Of a stretch of DNA of 64,000 nt, positions 37,112-47,007 are shown piece by piece. The translations under genes were made by a program, and so were the position numbers. The stretch is from contig CAWISW010000002.1 in assembly GCA_963838925.1 (NCBI GenBank), forward strand, positions 416,001-480,000, read 5' to 3'. The stretch's first letter is position 1; each line of letters starts with the position of its first letter. The DNA comes from an uncultured Nitrososphaerota archaeon. GTDB taxonomy: Archaea; Thermoproteota; Nitrososphaeria; Nitrososphaerales; Gagatemarchaeaceae. The notes under the pieces were generated by a model. It had not been told where the DNA came from. It was given only the letters and a program-made list of their open reading frames with translations, and did not search any database.

Positions 37112-37759
37112 ATGGTATCACCAGAAGTCGCTCACGCGCTAAAGACGATGCAACCCGGTAGTCACACCATCCTGGTATACGACTCGCCTGAGCACAAGCA
37201 CGACGTGCTCTTCACCCACCTGAAGTATGGCCAAAACGATTCAAAGCTGGCCTACGTCTGCTCGGAGGAAACGCCCAGCCAGATAAGAGAGGGCATGGAT
37301 TCCGACGGGATGAATGTGAACACCCTCGAACACGACGGCCGACTGTCTGTGGCAAACTACGACGAGGTGCATATCAAGAACGGACACGTCGACATCCCCC
37401 GCGTGATAGACCACTTCTCTAGCCTTTCCTGGGACTGTCTGAAGCGGGGCATGAGGAGCTTGCGAGCCTCGGCCGAGATGTCGTGCTTCATTCAGCAAGA
37501 GAAGATGATTGAGCTGGAGGAGTACGAACACGCCCTTGGAAGAGAGATGCCCTTCCCCGCAATGGGAATATGCGCCTTCAACGTGGTGGAGATGCAGAGG
37601 GCGGGTTACGTGGACCGGCTCATGCCTCTCCTGATGGAACACGGGACTGTCATTCTTACAGGGCCGAAGGGGAGCTCGGTATTGAACAGTGACAGGGTCA
37701 AGGACACTCACGTCGAAAAGGTCTTCCACGTGAGGATCTCAGGAAGCTCATCCAGATAG
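37112..37759 (+). CDS. MEDS (DcmR-like sensory) domain protein
   Basis: PGSH.ILVYD, LRASAEM, EYEH.L, GICAF. Confidence 0.75.
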   Translation: MVSPEVAHALKTMQPGSHTILVYDSPEHKHDVLFTHLKYGQNDSKLAYVCSEETPSQIREGMDSDGMNVNTLEHDGRLSVANYDEVHIKNGHVDIPRVIDHFSSLSWDCLKRGMRSLRASAEMSCFIQQEKMIELEEYEHALGREMPFPAMGICAFNVVEMQRAGYVDRLMPLLMEHGTVILTGPKGSSVLNSDRVKDTHVEKVFHVRISGSSSR

Positions 37760-38000
37760 CGCAGAAGAGACACCGACATTCTGAACGGTTCGAAACGGAT
37801 AGGCCAAACGGAGCGCCGCGGAGGCTGATCGAGCCTAATTCGCCGTCAACCACGAAGATATGATTCCATGATGATCGCATCGTTGGCTCTCGCCCTGGCC
37901 GGCCTAGTTTGGGCGGGTCGCCGCGCTAGCAGCAGGAGCGGGCCGAAGACCAAGGGTATTTCTGAGGGCAGAAGACCGGCCGGGCTGAGAGCCGCGAGCG

Positions 38001-39493
38001 TTGAGCGTCACTTCCAAGGCTGACAGAGAGATCCCAGTCCAGGGGGGCGTGACGCCGCCCGCCATCCGCGGCGCGGCGGAGTACGTCAAGGCCCACTACC
38101 TCGACCCAAACATCGACTCCCTGACGGGCCGTGCCTACAGAGAGACCTGGTCGAAGGACGCAGGTAGCGTCGAGCTCGAGTGGGGGTTCTCGCCACCGGA
38201 GACCCCCGGACGCGTCGTAGAGCCCTTGCGAGGAAGGGAGGTCCGTCTGACGATAGCTCCCAGCTCGGTCTCCGTCGCCTTCCCGGGGCTAGACCCGGCC
38301 GACGGCCCGGGGGTGCGCGCATGCACGAAGGTGGCTGACGACCTCGAGGTGCTGGTGAACATGTTCCTGACCAAAGCGAAGACGACGAGCCTCTACTTCA
38401 TCTTCTCGACGGGGAAAAGGGGGCCGTCCGCGACGTCCCCTCGCCATCCCCAATCGGGGGCGAGACCCTGAGGAGGCTGCTAAGCGGGAACATGATGAAC
38501 CTCTACCTCGTGATAATGGCCCTCAGCTTCGGGCTCTTCCTCGTGCTCGGCGACCCCGCCATCTTCTTCGTGCTGGGGATCCAGCTCCTGGCGCTATTCT
38601 ACTCCGACAGGCTCGCCCTCCTCGTCGGCAAGGTGCGACCCACATCCTCGAGGCCGAGGGTCACCATGGTCTGCGTCCCCGTCTCCATCGAGATGAAGGG
38701 AGAGGTCGCGAAGTTCGCCAAGACCATCATCTCGGACGTAAGCGACCGCCTCGAGGCAAGGCTCTCGCCCGACGCTCTCGAGGGGCCGGACGCGAGCAAG
38801 GCCGTCCAGGAGGTCCTCGCCTCCGCGGGCATCAAGTCCACCGCGAACGAGATCAAGATAGTGACGAGGAACGTCTACGACCTCGTCAAAGGCGTCGCCG
38901 ACCGGTTCCGGCTCCCCGTGCCTAAGGTGACGATCGTGAACAGCGTCGCGGACAACGCCGCCGCCACGGGGGTCTCCCCAGGGAGGTCGGCCATCACGAT
39001 AACGGCGGGCTCCCTCGAGGACCTCGGCGACGCGGAGCTCTCCTCGGTCGTGGGACACGAGCTCGGACACATCAGAGGTCGCGACTCGCTGATACTATTC
39101 TCCGCTACCTTCCTTCTCTACGTCGGGGGCCTCTATCTCTGGCTGCCGCTCCTTCTCTATCTGGGGCTGTTCTACTACATCATCATCTTCGCGGTCATCT
39201 TCTCGATAGGGAAGGTCCTCGAGACAAGGGCGGACACGGAGTCCGCGGCCAAGCTGGGCGAGCCGAAGGTCCTCGCCTCGGCGCTAACGAGCATCGGCTT
39301 CCGTCAGCTCTACATCGAGAGGTACTCCAGGGGAGCCAGGCTCCTGGACTGGCTCAGCTTCGACCCCCACCCGCCGATCTACTTCCGTGTGCAGCGCCTT
39401 TCGAAGCTCGCTGCGAGCGGCGGCAAGATAGGGAACACGCTCCTGCTGGCGCTAAGGGACTGCGTCACGGGGTTCCTCGACGCGCTGGTGTAG
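38001..39493 (+). pseudogene. HtpX/M48 metalloprotease with an N-terminal extension, split by a -1 frameshift near 38410-38425 (pseudogene or sequencing error)
   Basis: The 38492-39493 frame is open upstream through GGGGAAAAGGGGG (GAVRDVP...LSGNMMNLY); HELGH, ETRAD and HPP motifs in the second part. Confidence 0.65.
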
Positions 39494-39565
39494 GCTGGTT
39501 TGGTCATTCGGAGTTCACACATACGCTAAAATATCGGAAGACTGATAGTTCCGCCAGTCGTCAGA

Positions 39566-39973
39566 TTGACTGGCCAGGAGCTGCAGCTTCGTCTGATCGC
39601 CGGATTCATCGTGGTGATCTCGGCGACCCTCGTCCTCGACAAGGTCGGAGACTACCTCTTTCACAGGGGCATCGCCAAGCCCTTCTACCTGCTCGGCTAC
39701 CGCCTCCATCACAGGAACTTCCTGCTGGCCATAGTCCCCGCAGCCTACGCGGCAGTGGGCAGCCTGGTCTACCTGCACTACTTCCGCGTGCTTTGGTCGT
39801 CGTTCTGGCCCAGCTTCGAGTTCACCCTCCTGCTCGCGGGCGCGTGCCTGCTCGTGGACTTCACCCTCGACGCCCTCTCGACCGTCGAGAAGAGGAGGGC
39901 GCTCCTCCACCACGAATGGGTGTATCTCGTCGTGCCCGCTTACGCGATGACCCACCTGATCGCCTTCGTGTGA
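39566..39973 (+). CDS. Hypothetical membrane protein with His pairs
   Basis: RLHHR and LHHEW between TM helices. Confidence 0.65.
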   Translation: MTGQELQLRLIAGFIVVISATLVLDKVGDYLFHRGIAKPFYLLGYRLHHRNFLLAIVPAAYAAVGSLVYLHYFRVLWSSFWPSFEFTLLLAGACLLVDFTLDALSTVEKRRALLHHEWVYLVVPAYAMTHLIAFV

Positions 39974-40020
39974 CCCGAAAACTGCGCCCGCCATTCAGAG
40001 CGCGAGCTTCCCTTCGTCGA

Positions 40021-41589
40021 CTAGGAAGGCCGCGTGCCCTCTTCGGCCAAAGCGCTGCCGAGGTTCCGGGCCACGCTGACGAGGACGTCGGGCCTGGGTG
40101 CCGGGTCTGCGGCGAGAGGCTTTGACCTGCGCTGGAGGTGCCTCGCGAGGTTCATCGACCACAGCGTGAAGGCGCCGAAGGCCACGAGCGAGAGGGAAAG
40201 GAACCAGACGCCGCGGAGGAGCACGAGCACAGACAGCACTATCCCAGCGACCGCGAGCACTCCTTCGACTATGGCGTTCCTGTCGTTCGTGAGCGCGTGG
40301 AAGTACCTCGTCTTCGCGGCCCCTCCCGACCCGCCCTTCGGGGTCCTGTACAGGAAGAACCCCATCCTGTCGAAGACGCCGTAGAAGAAGCCCATCGAGC
40401 CCAGCGTGAGCATGCTCCCTGAGGCGTATCCCAGAGCTGGAATCAGGACGACGTTCCTCATCGTCATTAGGCCCTGGACGCGGAGCGCCCAAGCCCCGGA
40501 CGCAAGCGAAAGCCCCATCGGCACCGCGGTCGCGACGACGTACACGGGGTTGCTGAACAGCGAGTGCGCGGGAGGGACCAGGTTGAAGATCACCGCGAAG
40601 GCCGACAGGAACGTGACGATTATCCAGGTCAGGCTTGTAAAGGGCGCCATGAGCATGAGCACGAGGCCGAGCTTCTTGCGGACGCTCACGTTCCTCGACG
40701 TGAGGATCGTGCGCCCGTACCTCGCTATGCACCTCCACCATCCCTGGGACGTCCTGGCCACCTGCTTCTTCCAGACCTCGAGAGTCGAGGGGTCCTCGGC
40801 CATTATCTTCACGCTGCTGAGGTAGATGCCCCTCTTCCCCGCGAGGTACATCTTGATCGAGATGTCTGCGTCGTCGGCTATCCGCTCGTTGGACCACCCT
40901 CCCACCTCCCTGAGGTCCTTCGTCCTCACCAGCGCCATCCCTCCCTGGAGGGAGAACGGTGCGTCGATGTGGTACGCCCCCATCTTGGAGAGCGTGTCGC
41001 CGATGTCCTGCGTGAGGGCGAACATCTGAGTGACCAGGTTGTAGTTCCTGTTGTAGTGCCCGTACCGGAACGACACGAAGGAGGCCCGCGGGTGCTTCTC
41101 CATCGTGTCGATCCCCTTCGTGACGGCGTCCGGGGTAATGATGGAGTCAGCGTCGAGCAGCAGGACGTAGTCTCCCGTGACCTTCTCCAGCCCCTTGTTG
41201 AGCGCGCCGCACTTGAAGTTCTCCCTCACCGGCCTCCTCGAGACCACCGCCTTGATGCCAGACGCGTTGAGGTCGCGGATCTTCTCGTCTATGAGCGCGA
41301 CCGTCTGGTCGTTCGAGTCGTCCGCGACCACCACCTGTATCTTGTCCTTCGGATAGTCGAGGTTCTTCATCGCGTCGAGGGACCTCTCTATCACGTATCG
41401 CTCGTTGAACGTCGCGATGAGTATCGAAACCATCGGGTGGTCCTCCAGCGTCACCTCGCCGACGCCCAGGTCCCTGGGGTACCTCAGAGAGTTCCCCAGG
41501 AGAAAGACCCAGTAGTACTCCAGGGCGAAGACTGGGACGCTGAAGACTAGAGTGACTACCTCAATCAGGAACCATGTTTGTATCGCCAT
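40021..41589 (-). CDS. Cellulose-synthase-like GT2 glycosyltransferase
   Basis: LDYP, DDS.D, KCGALN, LDAD, ADDAD, QVART.QGW, flanking TMs. Confidence 0.9.
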   Translation of the reverse strand: MAIQTWFLIEVVTLVFSVPVFALEYYWVFLLGNSLRYPRDLGVGEVTLEDHPMVSILIATFNERYVIERSLDAMKNLDYPKDKIQVVVADDSNDQTVALIDEKIRDLNASGIKAVVSRRPVRENFKCGALNKGLEKVTGDYVLLLDADSIITPDAVTKGIDTMEKHPRASFVSFRYGHYNRNYNLVTQMFALTQDIGDTLSKMGAYHIDAPFSLQGGMALVRTKDLREVGGWSNERIADDADISIKMYLAGKRGIYLSSVKIMAEDPSTLEVWKKQVARTSQGWWRCIARYGRTILTSRNVSVRKKLGLVLMLMAPFTSLTWIIVTFLSAFAVIFNLVPPAHSLFSNPVYVVATAVPMGLSLASGAWALRVQGLMTMRNVVLIPALGYASGSMLTLGSMGFFYGVFDRMGFFLYRTPKGGSGGAAKTRYFHALTNDRNAIVEGVLAVAGIVLSVLVLLRGVWFLSLSLVAFGAFTLWSMNLARHLQRRSKPLAADPAPRPDVLVSVARNLGSALAEEGTRPS

Positions 41590-41735
41590 TCAACGTTCCC
41601 GGGAAAAACGAGGTAAACCCCTAGACCCGGTATGTAAGTTTTCGGATGTTTCGCGAATGCCTGGGCTCGGGCGGGGCGCCGGCGCGGCGCCCGGATAAAT
41701 AGGCGCGCGCAGCACCCGCGAGAAAGACTTCGGCC

Positions 41736-42906
41736 GTGCGCAAGATCTACATCGCTGTCTTCGGCTCGGGCCTGGGCCACGCCACCCGGATGCTGGACAT
41801 AGCCGAGCGCCTTGGGTCGGACGGAGACAGCATCCGCTACTCCTGCTCTGGGCAGGGCTTGCGCTACCTGAGGACGCGCGTGCCGCTGGCCGAGACGGTC
41901 GAGTGCCCGCCGTTCGACGTGGAGTGGACCGAGGAGGGGAGCTTCTCCTCGTGGGTTCGTGGTGCACTTCCCGCTCATGCTCCGCTCCTTCACGAACCAG
42001 GTCGCGTTCGAGGCGGATAGCATCGGAAGGTTCGACCCGAAGGTCACGGTCTCTGACTCCCGGCTCTCGGCGGTCCTCGCCGCCAGGTCGAGGTCGTGCC
42101 CGGTCATCACGATGCTGAACCAGTTCAAGGTGACGCTCCCGCCGAGGTACAGGGGGGACGCCCTCGGGAAGCTCTACGAGAGGATAGCGGGGGACGTCCT
42201 GGGCCTCATGTGGTCGCTGAGCGATGAAGTGTTGCTTACCGACCTCCCCCCTCCCTACACGATCGGGGAGGCGAACGTGGACGGGACAGACCTGACGAGG
42301 ATAGTGAAGTACGTGGGGTTCACCACCCCCAGCCTCGAGGTGAGCGAAGAGAGGCTCCAAAAGGCGAGGGGCGTCCTGGAGTTCGACTCTCGGCCGCTCG
42401 TCTTCTTCCAGATAAGCGGACCTGATGCGACCAAGAAGAGGTTCATCGACATCGTCCTCAAGTCGGCGACCGCGCTCTCAGCAAGATACAAGATCGTTGT
42501 CTCCATGGGCTACCTGGGAGGCTCGGGGGAGCCGAGGAGGCTGGCCGACGGGACCCTGCTGTACGACTGGTGCCCGATCAAGGACGAGCTGTTCTTGCTC
42601 TCGCAGGTGCTGGTCGCCAGGGCGGGCCACAGGACGATCGGGCAGTGCATCGACTCCGGGAAGCCGGCCGTCCTCGTCCCGATCCACAACCACTCTGAGC
42701 AGCTCGGCAACGCCGAGAAGTTCCAGAGGCTCGGGCTGGGGATAGACATCCTGCCGCAGGACCTCGACCCCGAGGGCCTGACCGCGGCGGTGGACGCGTG
42801 CATGACGGACCCGAAGTACAGGAAGAACCTGGACGCCGTCGGGCAGGTCTCGAAGAGGTACAGGGGGATCGAGAAGTGCGCCGAGATGATAGACGCGTAC
42901 TCCTAG
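41736..42906 (+). pseudogene. GT28/MurG-like glycosyltransferase split by a +1 frameshift near 41950-41958
   Basis: N-terminal GSGLGHATR in one frame; RAGH.T and P..NH.EQ..NA in the next frame; the junction lies in TCGTGGGTTC. Confidence 0.75.
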
Positions 42907-42950
42907 GGTAAGACCCTCCTCGAAGCGCGGCGTCTCAGCGAGGCGGAGCC

Positions 42951-43646
42951 TCACCGCTGACGCGAGATGAAGCGCTCGAACTCTTTGAGCGATTCCGGGG
43001 TCCCTATCTCGTAGAACCTGTCCTTCACCGGGAACGCGAGGAGCTCGCCCCGCTTGATGAGCTCCCCGTAGAACTCCTCCTCGCCGCACTCCCTTCCCGC
43101 GCGGACGAAGGAAAGCGCGCTCCTCCTCAGGGCGGAGACACCGAAGTTCACCCAGTCCATGCCCGGCGCCTTTCCCGACTTTTGGTACCGCGCCACCATG
43201 CCGTCCCTCACGACGACGTCGCTCCTGCCATACCTGTCGTGGTTCTCGTAGACCGCCATGGCACCGAGCTTGCCCGACTTCTCGAGGGCGCTCATCAGGC
43301 GCCGATAGTCCGCCCTGAGGTAGGCGTCGCCGTACGTGACTAAGAAGCGCTCGTCGAGCAGGGGCTCGGCCTTCTTCAGCGCCCCGGCCGGCCCGAGGAG
43401 CTTGGGTCCGTCGTAGCTGTACCTGACCCTGACGCCCCACCTCCCGCCGTCCCCGAAATGAGACTCCACCTTCTCCCCGAGGTGGCCGACGCACAGCACG
43501 AAGTCGTCTATACCGCCCCCCTTCAGCAGTCCAATCTCGTGCTCGAGGAAGGGCTTCCCGGCCACGAGCACCATGGGCTTGGGCACCGACTTGGTCAGGC
43601 TTCCGAGCCTCGTCCCGAGGCCCCCCACGAGTATCGCGGCCTGCAC
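42951..43646 (-). CDS. Sugar-1-phosphate nucleotidyltransferase (HddC-like)
   Basis: ILVGGLGTRL...PKPM, LG.AGAL, VTYGD, FYEIGTPE. Confidence 0.9.
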   Translation of the reverse strand: MQAAILVGGLGTRLGSLTKSVPKPMVLVAGKPFLEHEIGLLKGGGIDDFVLCVGHLGEKVESHFGDGGRWGVRVRYSYDGPKLLGPAGALKKAEPLLDERFLVTYGDAYLRADYRRLMSALEKSGKLGAMAVYENHDRYGRSDVVVRDGMVARYQKSGKAPGMDWVNFGVSALRRSALSFVRAGRECGEEEFYGELIKRGELLAFPVKDRFYEIGTPESLKEFERFISRQR

Positions 43647-43678
43647 CTCAAGACCTCCCCCGCGTAAGCGATCCGCCC

Positions 43679-44683
43679 CTAGACGTTGTAGATTACCTTG
43701 CTGCCTTCGAAGTCGAACCGGAACCTCATCTCGGTCAGCCCCTCTGCTGCGAGGGCTGCCCTGACCTTCTCCCGTCCATCCTGGCAGAAGACCATCAGGA
43801 AGCCCCCGCCTCCCGCCCCCACCAGCTTCCCCCCGAGGGCGCCGTTCTTCCTCGCGATGGAATACCACGAATCGACGCGGTCGGTGGTCATGCTGTCGGT
43901 GATGCCCCGCTTGACGAGCCAGTGCTCGTGGAGAAGCTCGCCGAACCTCCTGAGGTCCCCGGACTCGAGCGCCTTCTTGCTCTCGAGGCCTATGGCCTTA
44001 ATCGAGTGCATCCTCTTGACTGCGTCTCCCTCCTTCTCCGAGACCTTGGCCTGCTGCTTCCCGAGGATCTCACCCGCGCTCCTCGTTATCCCCGTGTAGA
44101 ACATCATTATCCCGTACTCGAGCTCGGAGAGAGTGCTCTCGGATATGTCGAGCTCCCTCGCGGTGACGTTCCCGCGGGTGTCTATCTCGTAGGACCTTAT
44201 CCCCCCCAAGCTGGCACTGTACTCGTCCTGCTTTCCTGACGGCTCGTGCAGCCTGTTCATGGCGATGTCGCAGGCTATCTCCGCGACCTGCTCTGGCGTC
44301 TTGACCATCTTCTGGTGGGCGAAGAGGGCGTTGAGCAGACCCACGGTGAAGCTCCCAGACGAGCCGAGGCCGGTCGCAGCGGGGACGTCGGCGAGCGAGA
44401 CTATCTCGAGCTTGTCCCTCAGCTCCAAGAGCTTGAGAGCCTCCCTCACGAGGGGGTGGCGTATCTGGTCGATGGAGCTCACGATCTCCGTCTGGCTGTA
44501 GCTCAGCCTGATGCCCGGCTCGAACCTGTTGTTGACGACGATGTGCATGTACTTGTCGACCGCCCCGGAGACGAAGAATCCGCCGAACTTCGTGTAGTAG
44601 GCGGGCAGGTCCGTCCCGCCCCCTCCGAGCGACAGCCTGAAAGGGGTCCTTGAGACGATCAAAGGAGGATGCGGGCGCTCCAA
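43679..44683 (-). CDS. hddA: D-glycero-alpha-D-manno-heptose-7-phosphate kinase (HddA-like GHMP kinase)
   Basis: PFRLSLGGGGTD, GLGSSG, GKQD.Y, GGKLVGAGGGGF. Confidence 0.88.
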   Translation of the reverse strand: MERPHPPLIVSRTPFRLSLGGGGTDLPAYYTKFGGFFVSGAVDKYMHIVVNNRFEPGIRLSYSQTEIVSSIDQIRHPLVREALKLLELRDKLEIVSLADVPAATGLGSSGSFTVGLLNALFAHQKMVKTPEQVAEIACDIAMNRLHEPSGKQDEYSASLGGIRSYEIDTRGNVTARELDISESTLSELEYGIMMFYTGITRSAGEILGKQQAKVSEKEGDAVKRMHSIKAIGLESKKALESGDLRRFGELLHEHWLVKRGITDSMTTDRVDSWYSIARKNGALGGKLVGAGGGGFLMVFCQDGREKVRAALAAEGLTEMRFRFDFEGSKVIYNV

Positions 44684-44716
44684 ATCCGAGCCCCCTTTTC
44701 GAGTATTTAACCAGTC

Positions 44717-45352
44717 TCAGGGCGGCGAGAGGTTGGCGGGCTGCGCGGGCCTTCTGGCGAAGAGCTTGCCCGCCCTTGACGCGATAGGCTCCCAGTCTAT
44801 CTTGTAGACGACGATGCCGAGCACCACGAAGACCGCGGACGCGATTATCGAAAGCTCCAGCTGGGTGAGCCCGAAGAGGCGGTGCGTGAGACGGGATATC
44901 TCCAAGAGCCCCGAGAGCTCGAGCAGTATCTCGAAGGCGCTCTTCGCGAGCTTGGCGATGAACGTCACCCCGAGCATGGGCGCCAGCTTGGCCCTGTTGG
45001 CGCCCGCCCCGATGTAGACGTAGTCGTCGAGGGGGAGGGCGGGGAGCAGGGCGGTGACGAAGAGCCCCAGGTAGAATCCGCTCTTTCCCAGCCACGTGCC
45101 GAGCAGCCTCACGTTCTTGTTCCTCTTGAGGCTGTTCTGGAGCCCGAGGGCGCTGAAGTAGATCACGATCTTCCCGATGGTCGCCCCGAGGGCGGTCACG
45201 AAGACGACCAGAGTGAAGCTCTCGAGGTTGATTCCGGTGGCGGCGAGCTCCGCCGTCGCTATGAAGGTGTACGAGGCTCCGAAGAACGCCGTCGCGTTTG
45301 AAACCACCGAGAAGAGGAAGAGAAGGAGAAGGCGCACCGCTGCAGAAATCAT
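44717..45352 (-). CDS. VTT/DedA-like membrane protein
   Basis: ALGATIGK.V.Y, PLDD..YI. Confidence 0.7.
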   Translation of the reverse strand: MISAAVRLLLLFLFSVVSNATAFFGASYTFIATAELAATGINLESFTLVVFVTALGATIGKIVIYFSALGLQNSLKRNKNVRLLGTWLGKSGFYLGLFVTALLPALPLDDYVYIGAGANRAKLAPMLGVTFIAKLAKSAFEILLELSGLLEISRLTHRLFGLTQLELSIIASAVFVVLGIVVYKIDWEPIASRAGKLFARRPAQPANLSPP

Positions 45353-45474
45353 TCGTAACAGACGCTCTGGCGACGCTCCCCGCGGGCCCCTTATAGACGG
45401 TGCGCGGCCTCGGCCTCGTCGCCTCGAGGAGGCCCTCGCGGCAACAGCCTAAAATACGGAGTTGACCCGCTTCA

Positions 45475-47007
45475 GTGAGGAAACCTCACGGCGGTGGCAT
45501 ATCATTGAACAAGCTGGTCATCATCGGGCTCGACGCAGCCGACTTTCAGCTGACGAGGGGCTTCATGGAGAGCGGGGACATGCCGAGGCTCTCCGCCATC
45601 CGGGACCAGAGCTGCTTCTCGAGCCTAAAGTCCGGCATTCCGCCGCAAACCGCCCCCGCGTGGACGTCCATCACGACAGGAGTGAACCCGGGAAAGCACG
45701 GGATATACTACTTCTACAACTTCACTACCTTCCCGCTCACCATAACCAACTCCACGGACACCTCGACCCCGAGGATCTGGGACTACGTCCAGTCTCTCGG
45801 CGAGAGGTCCGTGATGGTCAACGTCCCGGTCACCTATCCCGTGCACGAGATCTCGGGGTCGATCGTCTCCGGGATACCCCCCTGGTTCATCGACGAGAGG
45901 TCGGTCTATCCCCAGGCCCTGCTGGCCCGGCTAAGGGCGGCTGGCTACGAGATAGACACCCCGCTGAGCAGGGGCCTCGAGAAGCAGCCCGACGTCATGG
46001 TCGGCAAGATGATAGCGACCGAGGAGAAGAGAGTCGAGCTCTTCCTTGACCTGTTGAAGGAGGAGGACTGGTCCTTCGGCATGATAGTGCTCACCGCCTT
46101 GGACCGCCTCCAGCACAAGGCTATGGGCAAGGGGGACGAGGAGAGCGAGGCTGTGAGGCGCGGCTACCGCGAGGTCGACAGGCTCGTGGGAAGGCTGATC
46201 GACTCGATCGGCGCGGGCGTCAACTTCCTAATCGTCTCAGACCACGGCTTCAACCCGAGACCCCTCGCGTTCTATCCAAACGCGTGGCTCCACGGCCAGG
46301 GGCTGCTGAAGAGGAAGTCCTCCTTGCCCAACCGCCTCACAAGGGCAGCCCACGACCTGCTCGACGGGCACCTGCTCTGGCTCCCACAGGGGCTGACCAA
46401 GAGGTACCAGGGCGCCACGACGGTCGTCCACACCATCGACGCCGTCGACCTGGAAAGGTCGCGAGCCTTCGTGCCCGGGACCGACGGCGTGATCGTCGTG
46501 AAGTCGAAAGAGGACGAGAAGGCGATAGTCTCGGGCCTCTCCGGGCTGAGGGACGACTCGGGCAAGGAGGTCTGCAAGGTCTACGCCCGAGACGAGGTCT
46601 ACAAGGGCGACAGGCTGGAGTCCGCTCCCGAGCTGCTGATCGTACCGCGCGACGACGTCAACATCAAGACCGACCCTTACAGCCGAAGCGTCCTGTCAAG
46701 GTCAGGCGACTTTCCGAAAGCAAACCACGGCCCGAACGGCATATTCCTCGCCACCGGCCCCGGGATCAGAAGTTCGGGAGGCTTCGAGGTCTGCCTGGAG
46801 GACGTAGCCGCGACCTCGCTCGCGCTGATGGGTATATTACCGCCAGATTCCATGGATGGGCACGTGATTCAGGACATCTTGGCGGAGCCGCATCCTGCTC
46901 ACCCTCTCAAGCCGACAGACGTAATAAGCGACGGCCGCGACTATGCGTTCTCGGAGGAGGACGAAAGACGGGTTATGGATAACCTGAAGCGCCTTGGCTA
47001 CACCTGA
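45475..47007 (+). CDS. Alkaline-phosphatase-superfamily phosphodiesterase
   Basis: IIGLDAA, PPQTAPAWTSI.TG.NPGKHG, DRLQH, VSDHGF. Confidence 0.9.
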   Translation: MRKPHGGGISLNKLVIIGLDAADFQLTRGFMESGDMPRLSAIRDQSCFSSLKSGIPPQTAPAWTSITTGVNPGKHGIYYFYNFTTFPLTITNSTDTSTPRIWDYVQSLGERSVMVNVPVTYPVHEISGSIVSGIPPWFIDERSVYPQALLARLRAAGYEIDTPLSRGLEKQPDVMVGKMIATEEKRVELFLDLLKEEDWSFGMIVLTALDRLQHKAMGKGDEESEAVRRGYREVDRLVGRLIDSIGAGVNFLIVSDHGFNPRPLAFYPNAWLHGQGLLKRKSSLPNRLTRAAHDLLDGHLLWLPQGLTKRYQGATTVVHTIDAVDLERSRAFVPGTDGVIVVKSKEDEKAIVSGLSGLRDDSGKEVCKVYARDEVYKGDRLESAPELLIVPRDDVNIKTDPYSRSVLSRSGDFPKANHGPNGIFLATGPGIRSSGGFEVCLEDVAATSLALMGILPPDSMDGHVIQDILAEPHPAHPLKPTDVISDGRDYAFSEEDERRVMDNLKRLGYT

